From: Setoptus koraiensis
Lineage: Eukaryota > Animalia > Arthropoda
Assembly (NCBI GenBank): GCA_048013815.1
Contig: CM106585.1
Span: forward strand, 10,664,001 to 10,728,000
Direction: 5' to 3'
Length of the DNA: 64,000 nt
How positions within the stretch are numbered: position 1 is the first letter of the stretch; each line of letters starts with the position of its first letter. Shown in pieces: positions 1-12,100 of this stretch. The notes beneath the pieces are model-generated. The model made no database searches. It saw only the letters and a program-made list of their open reading frames with translations, and was not told the origin of the DNA. The translations under genes were made by a program, and so were the position numbers.

Positions 1-766
1 TCGGAGGCTTGTTTAAGGAATTAACTGCGGCAGTGTTGTTTGAACGCTGGGCTATTTCGATAGGAGTGAGGCCCAAGTTATTTTTGGCATGTAAGTCAGC
101 TCCTGTTTTGATCAGAGCTTCATAGATTTGTGAATTGAACAGTGGACATTTAACAGCTAAGTGTAGACATGTTTCTCCCCGTGTATTTTTAATACTGCCG
201 TCACACTTATTTGAATCGATCAAATAGCTTAAGGCAACTATAGATTCTGTCATGAGAACCCAATGAAGGGCCGTGTTACCATCGGAATCTGCTGTGTTTG
301 GATTCGCACCATGTCGGATAAGGTATTCAACGAGCTGATCGTGACCACATTCGATAGATTTTATCAAGGGCGTTCTGCCATCGCTGTCTTTTATATTAAC
401 ATTGGCCTTGTTATCGATCAACAATTTCACCAATGAAAAATTCCCATTAACTGTGGCCAAGTGCAGAGGCGATCGTTTGGAATTGTCCTGGTCATTGCAA
501 TCAATTTTACGAATATACTTCCTGGCTCTTATATCATCGTTTAATAGGCAAGCCCTGTGGAGTTTGTTGAAACTGTTATCAACTTTATTGAGGTCAATAT
601 TATAAGCTCCTCGAACGATGTGTATGTTTTTTGTAGTCAAGTTTGTTGTTGATACTCTACGCAAAGATTTACCATTTGATCTATCTGCGCCTGGCCAACC
701 GTTACGATTGATTGCACTCTGATCTAGTGACGGTTGCCGTTTAGTAAGATGGAGGAATTTTTTCAT
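1..766 (-). CDS. Ankyrin-repeat protein (N-terminus resembles the ANKRD26/ANKRD7/POTE type); continues past the left edge of the window
   Basis: My manual translation from the ATG at 766 is open for 255 codons to the window edge: MKKFLHLTKR...NKLHRACLLNDD...DNSKRSPLHLATVNGNFSLVKLLIDNKANVNIKDSDGRTPLIKSIECGHDQLVEYLIRHGANPNTADSDGNTALHWV...GETCLHLAVK...GLTPIEIAQ. This gives about five ankyrin consensus repeats. The ORF track omits it because no stop lies inside the window. Confidence 0.9.
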   Translation of the reverse strand, partial: MKKFLHLTKRQPSLDQSAINRNGWPGADRSNGKSLRRVSTTNLTTKNIHIVRGAYNIDLNKVDNSFNKLHRACLLNDDIRARKYIRKIDCNDQDNSKRSPLHLATVNGNFSLVKLLIDNKANVNIKDSDGRTPLIKSIECGHDQLVEYLIRHGANPNTADSDGNTALHWVLMTESIVALSYLIDSNKCDGSIKNTRGETCLHLAVKCPLFNSQIYEALIKTGADLHAKNNLGLTPIEIAQRSNNTAAVNSLNKPP

Positions 767-1299
767 AATACCTAGATACCAGATCGAATCGCTATAACTT
801 GTTTCTTATCTAATTGTTGCGTTGTCCCATTATTACAAAATAAACAAGAAAGGATAATTACAAACGAAGATGGCGCAGTGTCAACATTAGTAAAGGCAAG
901 GTTTTCTTATTGCACGACACCTATGATATCAATAGTATTGCCTCTCGAAACGCATTAATTTCTGCAATATGCTGAAACAATCGTGCATTCATGTGTGTGC
1001 AAAGAGAATAAACCGTGAAATGTTCGCAATAACACAAGTAGCAAAACAATAGCACGGTATCGGATAGCAGAGCGCAACTACTTCGGGCTGACTTGTGAGT
1101 GCATTAACACTGAAATATGTGTCGCTTTATCCGGGTATCGCGGGTGAATCCGGGATCTAAATGCCGATTGGGGGAGGGGGGGCGTACCGGGACTCGGCAA
1201 CTTGCAACTTATGGCGCCGTTTGGTCATCACAATGGAGTCCATTTTGTTGTTACACACAACAATGAAAAAGATGTTTTAATCGTTATTTTTCTTTGTTA

Positions 1300-1635
1300 G
1301 CCGAGCAAGTCAAGCCAAACCAAGCCAACCAAGTTGAACGAGTTGACCAAACAGCCAAACGAAACCAAATCAAACCAACCTAACCAACCAAGTCGATGAA
1401 AGCACAAAAAAACCAACCAAGTTAACCAACCCGCCAAAACAACCAACACAGCCAACCAATTTAACCAACCTGCCAAACCAGCCAACACAGCCAAACCAGC
1501 CAACACAGCCAACACGGCCAACCAGCAAAACCAACCAAGTTAACCAACCGGCCAAAACAACCAACACGGCCAACCAACCAAACCAACCAAGTTAACCAAC
1601 CGGCCAAAACAACCAACACAGCCAACCAACCAAGA
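1300..1635. repeat. AACC-rich minisatellite (~43-nt unit plus degenerate sub-units)
   Basis: aaccaaccaagttaaccaacc(g/c)gccaaaacaaccaacac(a/g)gcc recurs near 1413, 1531 and 1583 within an A/C-skewed low-complexity tract. Confidence 0.85.
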
Positions 1636-2262
1636 CAAACATGTATCAACGTAGAAGATGTCAAGGACGACAGTCCAATGGCCGCCCATTCATTGTACCA
1701 GACAGTGATAAAAAAGTCGCTACTCGAATGGACAGAGGTTACAGGCCGACCTCAATCTATCAAGTTAGTAGATGGTGCGCGTCGAAGATGTCGACGCAGC
1801 TAATTGACGATAACAATGATGTCGCCACGCAAACTAGTCTACAAACATCTGAAGTCCAAAATGTACGGGTGCCTGATCTCGATGGTCATTTCAGTGAGGT
1901 TCAGGGATCAGTGAGCGATGGCTCAAGCTACGACTCCTCATAAATGGAACAACACTACGACATTCGTAAATTCCACTCGCTGAAGATGGTAACCACGTGT
2001 CATGCGATTTGCACCACAAAGAATGCTCAATGAACGTATGTTTTGTGCGCTACTCGCATATCGAGCGCACATGTGAATAAACTTGAAACTAAAATAAATG
2101 CAACGAAAACAATAGCTACTAAAGATATTTTTGATTGCCTTATCTCATCTATATTTGGTCCGTATTTACATTATTTAATCTGATGAAATGGTCCTTTTAA
2201 AAATAGTATTGGTTGTTGGTATGTAAGAATAATATATACAACTGTGGATCAACCAAGAGAGG

Positions 2263-2649
2263 ATGTTTATTACACAAGCGAGGTCACAGATATTTAAATT
2301 GACCAGATTGAGGGTTGTCGACATCAGTGCCTTTAGAAAGGGGGCCTCATTAGCAACTAAACCGGTTAAGTGTATTCATATTTATAACAAAAATGAATCG
2401 AGACATGGTGGTGTTGGAGACAAGAAGCCAGTCACCATTTTAGGACAGATGAAAAAGGGCTATGTTGTCGGATTTGTGGCAAAACAGCGCACCTTCGTTC
2501 CATACGTTGTAACATGTATTTTCTCTGGTTTTCTCATATATGCATGGACCAAGCGAGATAAATCCCTTGAGGAGAATGGTATATCTGAGATAATACATAA
2601 CTTTAAAAAGAGACTGTATCATATGCTACCATTGAGAGTGACATCTAGT
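2263..2649 (+). CDS. Unknown protein, N-terminal fragment with one hydrophobic segment; truncated by gap
   Basis: 129 stop-free codons from an ATG up to the gap. Basic N-terminus and a hydrophobic stretch FVPYVVTCIFSGFLIYAW. No family recognised. Confidence 0.4.
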
Positions 2650-3149
2650 NNNNNNNNNNNNNNNNNNNNNNNNNNNNNNNNNNNNNNNNNNNNNNNNNNN
2701 NNNNNNNNNNNNNNNNNNNNNNNNNNNNNNNNNNNNNNNNNNNNNNNNNNNNNNNNNNNNNNNNNNNNNNNNNNNNNNNNNNNNNNNNNNNNNNNNNNNN
2801 NNNNNNNNNNNNNNNNNNNNNNNNNNNNNNNNNNNNNNNNNNNNNNNNNNNNNNNNNNNNNNNNNNNNNNNNNNNNNNNNNNNNNNNNNNNNNNNNNNNN
2901 NNNNNNNNNNNNNNNNNNNNNNNNNNNNNNNNNNNNNNNNNNNNNNNNNNNNNNNNNNNNNNNNNNNNNNNNNNNNNNNNNNNNNNNNNNNNNNNNNNNN
3001 NNNNNNNNNNNNNNNNNNNNNNNNNNNNNNNNNNNNNNNNNNNNNNNNNNNNNNNNNNNNNNNNNNNNNNNNNNNNNNNNNNNNNNNNNNNNNNNNNNNN
3101 NNNNNNNNNNNNNNNNNNNNNNNNNNNNNNNNNNNNNNNNNNNNNNNNN
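2650..3149. other. Assembly gap (500 N)
   Basis: Run of exactly 500 N. The true length is unknown and the gap hides the start of the repeat gene. Confidence 0.99.
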
Positions 3150-6100
3150 GCCGTAATAAGTGCTTCCGGCAGAGATTTATCTCGATCGAGAACAGCCAAA
3201 GATGATATTGGCTCGAAGAAGGCCTCAAGATCGACCTCTAGTGATTCTTCGAAAGAAGTCAGCGGATCGAAACCGTCCACTACCGCCGTAGTCAGCGCAT
3301 CTGACGCCGATGTATCCAAATCACATCCTTCGAAAGAGGCCATTTCATCTGAAGCAACCCAGAAACCGGCAACAAGTAGATCTTCGAAGTATATTGACGC
3401 TTCCGAAAAAAGTGGTCGCTCAAAGCAATCTACAATGGCCGTAATAAGTGCTTCCGGCAAAGATTTATCTCGATCGAAAACAGCCAAAGATGATATTGGC
3501 TCGAAGAAGGCCTCAAGATCACCCTCTAGTGCTTCTTTGAAAGAAGTCAGCGGTTCGAAACCGTCAACTACCGCCATTGTGAGTGCCTCTGGCGCCGATG
3601 CTTCCAAAACAAAGCCTTCGAAATCAGATATCACATCGAAGAGTACCTCAAAAGCACCATCAAGTGCTACTTCCAAGGAAGTTAGCGGTTCGAAACCGTC
3701 CACCACCGCCATTGTGAGTGCCTCTGGCGCCGATGCTTCCAAAACAAAGCCTTCGAAAGAGGCCATTTCATCTGAAGCAACCCAGAAACCGGCAACAAGT
3801 AGATCTTCGAAGTATATTGACGCTTCCGAAAAAAGTGGTCGCTCAAAGCAATCTACAATGGCCGTAATAAGTGCTTCCGGCAAAGATTTATCTCGATCGA
3901 AAACAGCCAAAGATGATATTGGCTCGAAGAAGGCCTCAAGATCACCCTCTAGTGCTTCTTTGAAAGAAGTCAGCGGTTCGAAACCGTCCACTACTGCCGT
4001 AGTCAGTGCATCTGGCGCTGATGTATCCAAATCACATCCTTCGAAAGAGGCCATTTCATCTGAAGCAACCCAGAAACCGGCAACAAGTAGATCTTCGAAG
4101 TATATTGACGCTTCCGAAAAAAGTGGTCGCTCAAAGCAATCTACAATGGCCGTAATAAGTGCTTCCGGCAAAGATTTATCTCGATCGAAAACAGCCAAAG
4201 ATGATATTGGCTCGAAGAAAGCCTCAAGATCGACCTCTAGTGATTCTTCGAAAGAAGTCAGCGGATCGAAACCGTCCACTACTGCTGTTGTCAGCGTCTT
4301 TGGGGCAGATGTATCCAAATCACATCCTTCGAAAGAGGCCATTTCATCTGAAGCAACCCAGAAACCTGCAACAAGTAGATCTTCGAAGCATATTGACGCT
4401 TCCGAAAAAAGTGGTCGCTCAAAGCAATCTACAACGGCCGTAATAAGTGCTTCCGGCAAAGATTTATCTCGATCGAAAACAGCCAAAGATGATATTGGCT
4501 CAAAGAAAGCCTCAAGATCGACCTCTAGTGATTCTTCGAAAGAAGTCAGCGGATCGAAACCGTCCACTACTGCCGTAGTCAGCGCATCTGGCGCCGATGC
4601 TTCCAAAACAAAGCCTTCGAAAGAGGCCATTTCATCTGAAGCAACCCAGAAACCGGCAACAAGTAGATCTTCGAAGTATATTGACGCTTCCGAAAAAAGT
4701 GGTCGCTCAAAGCAATCTACAATGGCCGTAATAAGTGCTTCCGGCAAAGATTTATCTCGATCGAAAACAGCCAAAGATGATATTGGCTCGAAGAATGCCT
4801 CAAGATCACTCTCTAGTGCATCTTTGAAAGAAGTCAGCGGTTCGAAACCGTCCACCACCGCCATTGTGAGTGCCTCTGGCGCCGATGCTTCCAAAACAAA
4901 GCCTTCGAAATCAGATATCACATCGAAGAGTACCTCAAAAGCACCATCAAGTGCTACTTCCAAGGAAGATAGCGGTTCGAAACCGTCCACTACTGCTGTT
5001 GTCAGCGTCTTTGGGGCAGATGTATCCAAATCACATCCTTCGAAAGAGGCCATTTCATCTGAAGCAACCCAGAAACCGGCAACAAGTAGATCTTCGAAGC
5101 ATATTGACGCTTCTGATGACATTGCTCGCTCAAAGCGATCTACAACGGCCGTAATAAGTGCTTCCGGCAAAGATTTATCTCGATCGAAAACAGCCAAAGA
5201 TGATATTGGCTCGAAGAAGGCCTCAAGATCACCCTCTAGTGCTTCTTTGAAAGAAGTCAGCGGTTCGAAACCGTCCACTACTGCCGTAGTCAGCGCATCT
5301 GACGCCGATGTTTCCAAATCACATCCTTCAAAAGAGGCCATTTCATCTGAACCAACCCAGAAACCTGCAACAAGTAGATCTTCGAGGCATATTGACGCTT
5401 CCGAAAAAAGTGGTCGCTCAAAGCAATCTACAATGGCCGTAATAAGTGCTTCCGGCAAAGATTTATCTCGATCGAGAACAGCCAAAGATGATATTGGCTC
5501 GAAGAAGGCCTCAAGATCACCCTCTAGTGCTTCTTTGAAAGAAGTCAGCGGTTCGAAACCGTCCACTACTGCCGTAGTCAGCGCATCTGACGCCGATGCT
5601 TCCAAAACAAAGCCTTCGAAATCAGATATCACATCGAAGAGTACCTCAAAAGCACCATCAAGTGCTACTTCCAAGGAAGTTAGCGGTTCGAAACCGTCCA
5701 CTACTGCTGTTGTGAGTGCCTCTGGCGCCGATGCTTCCAAAACAAAGCCTTCGAAAGAGGCCATTTCATCTGAAGCAACCCAGAAACCGGCAACAAGTAG
5801 ATCTTCGAAGCATATTGACGCTTCCGAAAAAAGTGGTCGCTCAAAGCAATCTACAACGGCCGTAATAAGTGCTTCCGGCAAAGATTTATCTCGATCGAAA
5901 ACAGCCAAAGATGATATTGGCTCAAAGAAAGCCTCAAGATCGACCTCTAGTGATTCTTCGAAAGAAGTCAGCGGATCGAAACCGTCCACTACTGCCGTAG
6001 TCAGCGCATCTGACGCCGATGTTTCCAAATCACATCCTTCAAAAGAGGCCATTTCATCTGAAGCAACCCAGAAACCGGCAACGAGTAGATCTTCGAAGCA

Positions 6101-9100
6101 TATTGACGCTTCCGAAAAAAGTGGTCGCTCAAAGCAATCTACAATGGCCGTTATGAGTGCTTCCGACAAAGATTTATCTCGATCGAAAACAGCCAAAGAT
6201 GATATTGGCTCGAAGAAGGCCTCAAGATCACCCTCTAGAGTTTCTTCGAACGAAGTCAGCGGTTCGAAACCGTCCACTACAGCCATTGTGAGTGCCTCTG
6301 GAGCAGATGTATCCAAATCACATCCTTCGAAAGAGGCCATTTCATCTGAAGCAACCCATAAACCTGCAACAAGTAGATCTTCGAAGTATATTGACGCTTC
6401 CGAAAAAAGTGATCGCTCAAAGCAATCTACAATGGCCGTAATAAGTGCTTCCGGCAAAGATTTATCTCGATCGAAAACAGCCAAAGATGATATTGGCTCG
6501 AAGAAAGCCTCAAGATCGACCTCTAGTGATTCTTCGAAAGAAGTCAGCGGATCGAAACCGTCCACTACCGCCGTAGTCAGCGCATCTGACGCCGATGTAT
6601 CCAAATCACATCCTTCGAAAGAGGCCATTTCATCTGAACCAACCCAGAAACCTGCAACAAGTAGATCTTCGAAGCATATTGACGCTTCCGAAAAAAGTGG
6701 TCGCTCAAAGCAATCTACAATGGCCGTAATAAGTGCTTCCGGCAAAGATTTATCTCGATCGAAAACAGCCAAAGATGATATTGGCTCGAAGAAGGCCTCA
6801 AGATCACCCTCTAGTGCATCTTTGAAAGAAGTCAGCGGTTCGAAACCGTCCACCACCGCCATTGTGAGTGCCTCTGGCGCCGATGCTTCCAAAACAAAGC
6901 CTTCGAAGTCAGATATCACATCGAAGAGTACCTCAAAAGCACCATCAAGTGCTACTTCCAAGGAAGTTAGCGGTTCGAAACCGTCCACTACTGCTGTTGT
7001 CAGCGTCTTTGGGGCAGATGTATCCAAATCACATCCTTCGAAAGAGGCCATTTCATCTGAAGCAACCCAGAAACCGGCAACAAGTAGATCTTCGAAGTAT
7101 ATTGACGCTTCCGAAAAAAGTGGTCGCTCAAAGCAATCTACAATGGCCGTAATAAGTGCTTCCGGCAAAGATTTATCTCGATCGAAAACAGCCAAAGATG
7201 ATATTGGCTCGAAGAAGGCCTCAAGATCACCCTCTAGTGCTTCTTTGAAAGAAGTCAGCGGTTCGAAACCGTCAACTACCGCCATTGTGAGTGCCTCTGG
7301 CGCCGATGCTTCCAAATCACATCCTTCGAAAGAGGCCATTTCATCTGAAGCAACCCAGAAACCGGCAACAAGTAGATCTTCGAAGTATATTGACGCTTCC
7401 GAAAAAAGTGGTCGCTCAAAGCAATCTACAACGGCCGTAATAAGTGCTTCCGGCAAAGATTTATCTCGATCGAAAACAGCCAAAGATGATATTGGCTCGA
7501 AGAAGGCCTCAAGATCACCCTCTAGTGCATCTTTGAAAGAAGTCAGCGGTTCGAAACCGTCCACCACCGCCATTGTGAGTGCCTCTGGCGCCGATGCTTC
7601 CAAAACAAAGCCTTCGAAATCAGATATCACATCGAAGAGTACCTCAAAAGCACCATCAAGTGCTACTTCCAAGGAAGTTAGCGGTTCGAAACCGTCCACT
7701 ACTGCCGTAGTCAGCGCATCTGACGCCGATGCTTCCAAAACAAAGCCTTCGAAAGAGGCCATTTCATCTGAAGCAACCCAGAAACCGGCAACAAGTAGAT
7801 CTTCGAAGTATATTGACGCTTCCGAAAAAAGTGGTCGCTCAAAGCAATCTACAATGGCCGTAATAAGTGCTTCCGGCAAAGATTTATCTCGATCGAAAAC
7901 AGCCAAAGATGATATTGGCTCGAAGAGTACCTCAAAAGCACCATCAAGTGCATCTTTGAAAGAAGTCAGCGGTTCGAAACCGTCCACCACCGCCATTGTG
8001 AGTGCCTCTGGCGCCGATGCTTCCAAAACAAAGCCTTCGAAAGAGGCCATTTCATCTGAAGCAACCCAGAAACCGGCAACAAGTAGATCTTCGAAGTATA
8101 TTGACGCTTCCGAAAAAAGTGGTCGCTCAAAGCAATCTACAATGGCCGTAATAAGTGCTTCCGGCAAAGATTTATCTCGATCGAGAACAGCCAAAGATGA
8201 TATTGGCTCGAAGAAGGCCTCAAGATCACCCTCTAGTGCATCTTTGAAAGAAGTCAGCGGTTCGAAACCGTCCACTACTGCTGTTGTCAGCGTCTTTGGG
8301 GCAGATGTATCCAAATCACATCCTTCGAAAGAGGCCATTTCATCTGAAGCAACCCAGAAACCTGCAACAAGTAGATCTTCGAAGCATATTGACGCTTCCG
8401 AAAAAAGTGGTCGCTCAAAGCAATCTACAACGGCCGTAATAAGTGCTTCCGGCAAAGATTTATCTCGATCGAAAACAGCCAAAGATGATATTGGCTCGAA
8501 GAAGGCCTCAAGATCACCCTCTAGTGCTTCTTTGAAAGAAGTCAGCGGTTCGAAACCGTCCACTACCGCCGTAGTCAGCGCATCTGACGCCGATGTATCC
8601 AAATCACATCCTTCGAAAGAGGCCATTTCATCTGAAGCAACCCAGAAACCGGCAACAAGTAGATCTTCGAAGTATATTGACGCTTCCGAAAAAAGTGGTC
8701 GCTCAAAGCAATCTACAATGGCCGTAATAAGTGCTTCCGGCAAAGATTTATCTCGATCGAAAACAGCCAAAGATGATATTGGCTCGAAGAAGGCCTCAAG
8801 ATCACCCTCTAGTGCATCTTTGAAAGAAGTCAGCGGTTCGAAACCGTCCACCACCGCCATTGTGAGTGCCTCTGGCGCCGATGCTTCCAAAACAAAGCCT
8901 TCGAAATCAGATATCACATCGAAGAGTACCTCAAAAGCACCATCAAGTGCTACTTCCAAGGAAGTTAGCGGTTCGAAACCGTCCACTACTGCCGTAGTCA
9001 GCGCATCTGACGCCGATGCTTCCAAAACAAAGCCTTCGAAAGAGGCCATTTCATCTGAAGCAACCCAGAAACCGGCAACAAGTAGATCTTCGAAGTATAT

Positions 9101-12100
9101 TGACGCTTCCGAAAAAAGTGGTCGCTCAAAGCAATCTACAATGGCCGTAATAAGTGCTTCCGGCAAAGATTTATCTCGATCGAGAACAGCCAAAGATGAT
9201 ATTGGCTCGAAGAGTACCTCAAAAGCACCATCAAGTGCATCTTTGAAAGAAGTCAGCGGTTCGAAACCGTCCACCACCGCCATTGTGAGCGCATCTGGCG
9301 CCGATGCTTCCAAAACAAAGCCTTCGAAAGAGGCCATTTCATCTGAAGCAACCCAGAAACCGGCAACAAGTAGATCTTCGAAGTATATTGACGCTTCCGA
9401 AAAAAGTGGTCGCTCAAAGCAATCTACAATGGCCGTAATAAGTGCTTCCGGCAAAGATTTATCTCGATCGAGAACAGCCAAAGATGATATTGGCTCGAAG
9501 AAGGCCTCAAGATCACCCTCTAGTGATTCTTCGAAAGAAGTCAGCGGTTCGAAACCGTCCACTACCGCCGTAGTCAGCGCATCTGACGCCGATGTATCCA
9601 AATCACATCCTTCGAAAGAGGCCATTTCATCTGAACCAACCCAGAAACCTGCAACAAGTAGATCTTCGAAGCATATTGACGCTTCCGAAAAAAGTGGTCG
9701 CTCAAAGCAATCTACAATGGCCGTAATAAGTGCTTCCGGCAAAGATTTATCTCGATCGAGAACAGCCAAAGATGATATTGGCTCGAAGAAAGCCTCAAGA
9801 TCGACCTCTAGTGATTCTTCGAAAGAAGTCAGCGGTTCGAAACCGTCCACCACTGCCGTAGTCAGCGCATCTGACGCCGATGTTTCCAAATCACATCCTT
9901 CGAAAGAGGCCATTTCATCTGAAGCAACCCAGAAACCGGCAACAAGTAGATCTTCGAAGTATATTGACGCTTCCGAAAAAAGTGGTCGCTCAAAGCAATC
10001 TACAATGGCCGTAATAAGTGCTTCCGGCAAAGATTTATCTCGATCGAAAACAGCCAAAGATGATATTGGCTCGAAGAAAGCCTCAAGATCGACCTCTAGT
10101 GATTCTTCGAAAGAAGTCAGCGGATCGAAACCGTCCACTACCGCCGTAGTCAGCGCATCTGACGCCGATGTATCCAAATCACATCCTTCGAAAGAGGCCA
10201 TTTCATCTGAAGCAACCCAGAAACCGGCAACAAGTAGATCTTCGAAGCATATTGACGCTTCCGAAAAAAGTGGTCGCTCAAAGCAATCTACAATGGCCGT
10301 AATAAGTGCTTCCGGCAAAGATTTATCTCGATCGAGAACAGCCAAAGATGATATCGGCTCGAAGAAAGCCTCAAGATCGACCTCGAGTGATTCCTCGAAA
10401 GAAGTCAGCGGTTCGAAACCGTCCACTACCGCCGTAGTCAGCGCTCTGGCGCCGATGTATCCAAATCACATCCTTCGAAAGAGGCCATTTCATCTGAAGC
10501 AACCCAGAAACCGGCAACAAGTAGATCTTCGAAGTATATTGACGCTTCCGAAAAAAGTGGTCGCTCAAAGCAATCTACAATGGCCGTAATAAGTGCTTCC
10601 GGCAAAGATTTATCTCGATCGAAAACAGCCAAAGATGATATTGGCTCGAAGAAAGCCTCAAGATCGACCTCTAGTGATTCTTCGAAAGAAGTCAGCGGTT
10701 CGAAACCGTCCACTACTGCTGTAGTCAGCGCATCTGACGCCGATGTTTCCAAATCACATCCTTCAAAAGAGGCCATTTCATCTGAAGCAACCCAGAAAAG
10801 GTCAACAAGTAGATCTGTGATGCATATTGACGCTTCCGAAAAAAGTGGTCGCTCAAAGCAATCTACAATGGCCGTAATAAGTGCTTCCGGCAAAGATTTA
10901 TCTCGATCGAAAACAGCCAAAGATGATATTGGCTCGAAGAATGCCTCAAGATCACTCTCTAGTGCATCTTTGAAAGAAGTCAGCGGTTCGAAACCGTCCA
11001 CTACTGCCGTAGTCAGCGCATCTGACGCCGATGTTTCCAAATCACATCCTTCAAAAGAGGCCATTTCATCTGAACCAACCCAGAAACCTGCAACAAGTAG
11101 ATCTTCGAGGCATATTGACGCTTCCGAAAAAAGTGGTCGCTCAAAGCAATCTACAATGGCCGTAATAAGTGCTTCCGGCAAAGATTTATCTCGATCGAAA
11201 ACAGCCAAAGATGATATTGGCTCGAAGAAGGCCTCAAGATCACCCTCTAGTGCTTCTTTGAAAGAAGTCAGCGGTTCGAAACCGTCAACTACCGCCATTG
11301 TGAGTGCCTCTGGCGCCGATGCTTCCAAAACAAAGCCTTCGAAGTCAGATATCACATCGAAGAGTACCTCAAAAGCACCATCAAGTGCTACTTCCAAGGA
11401 AGTTAGCGGTTCGAAACCGTCCACTACTGCTGTTGTCAGCGTCTTTGGGGCAGATGTATCCAAATCACATCCTTCGAAAGAGGCCATTTCATCTGAAGCA
11501 ACCCAGAAAAGGTCAACAAGTAGATCTGTGATGCATATCGACGCTTCTGATGACATTGCTCGCTCAAAACGATCTACAATGTCCGTAATGAGTGCTTCCG
11601 GCAAAGATTTATCTCGATCGAGAACAGCCAAAGATGATATTGGCTCGAAGAAAGCCTCAAGATCGACCTCTAGTGATTCTTCGAAAGAAGTCAGCGGTTC
11701 GAGAGCGTCCACCACCGCCATTATGAGCGCCTCTGACGCAGATTTATCCAAATCACATCCTTCGAAAGAGGCCATTTCATCTGAAGCAACCCAGAAAAGG
11801 TCAACAAGTAGATCTGTGATGCATATCGACGCTTCTGATGACATTGCTCGCTCAAAACGATCTACAATGTCCGTAATGAGTGCTTCCGGCAAAGATTTAT
11901 CTCGATCGAAAACAGCCAAAGATGATATTGGCTCGAAGAAAGCCTCAAGATCGACCTCTAGTGATTCTTCGAAAGAAGTCAGCGGATCGAAACCGTCCAC
12001 TACCGCCGTAGTCAGCGCATCTGACGCCGATGTTTCCAAATCACATCCTTCGAAAGAGGCCATTTCATCTGAAGCAACCCAGAAAAGGTCAACAAGTAGA

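Noticed and set aside
1297-1943. ORFs over and beside the AACC minisatellite
   Set aside because: Low-complexity translations (W/L/V/G-rich); the 100-aa ORF at 1641 has no recognisable motif.
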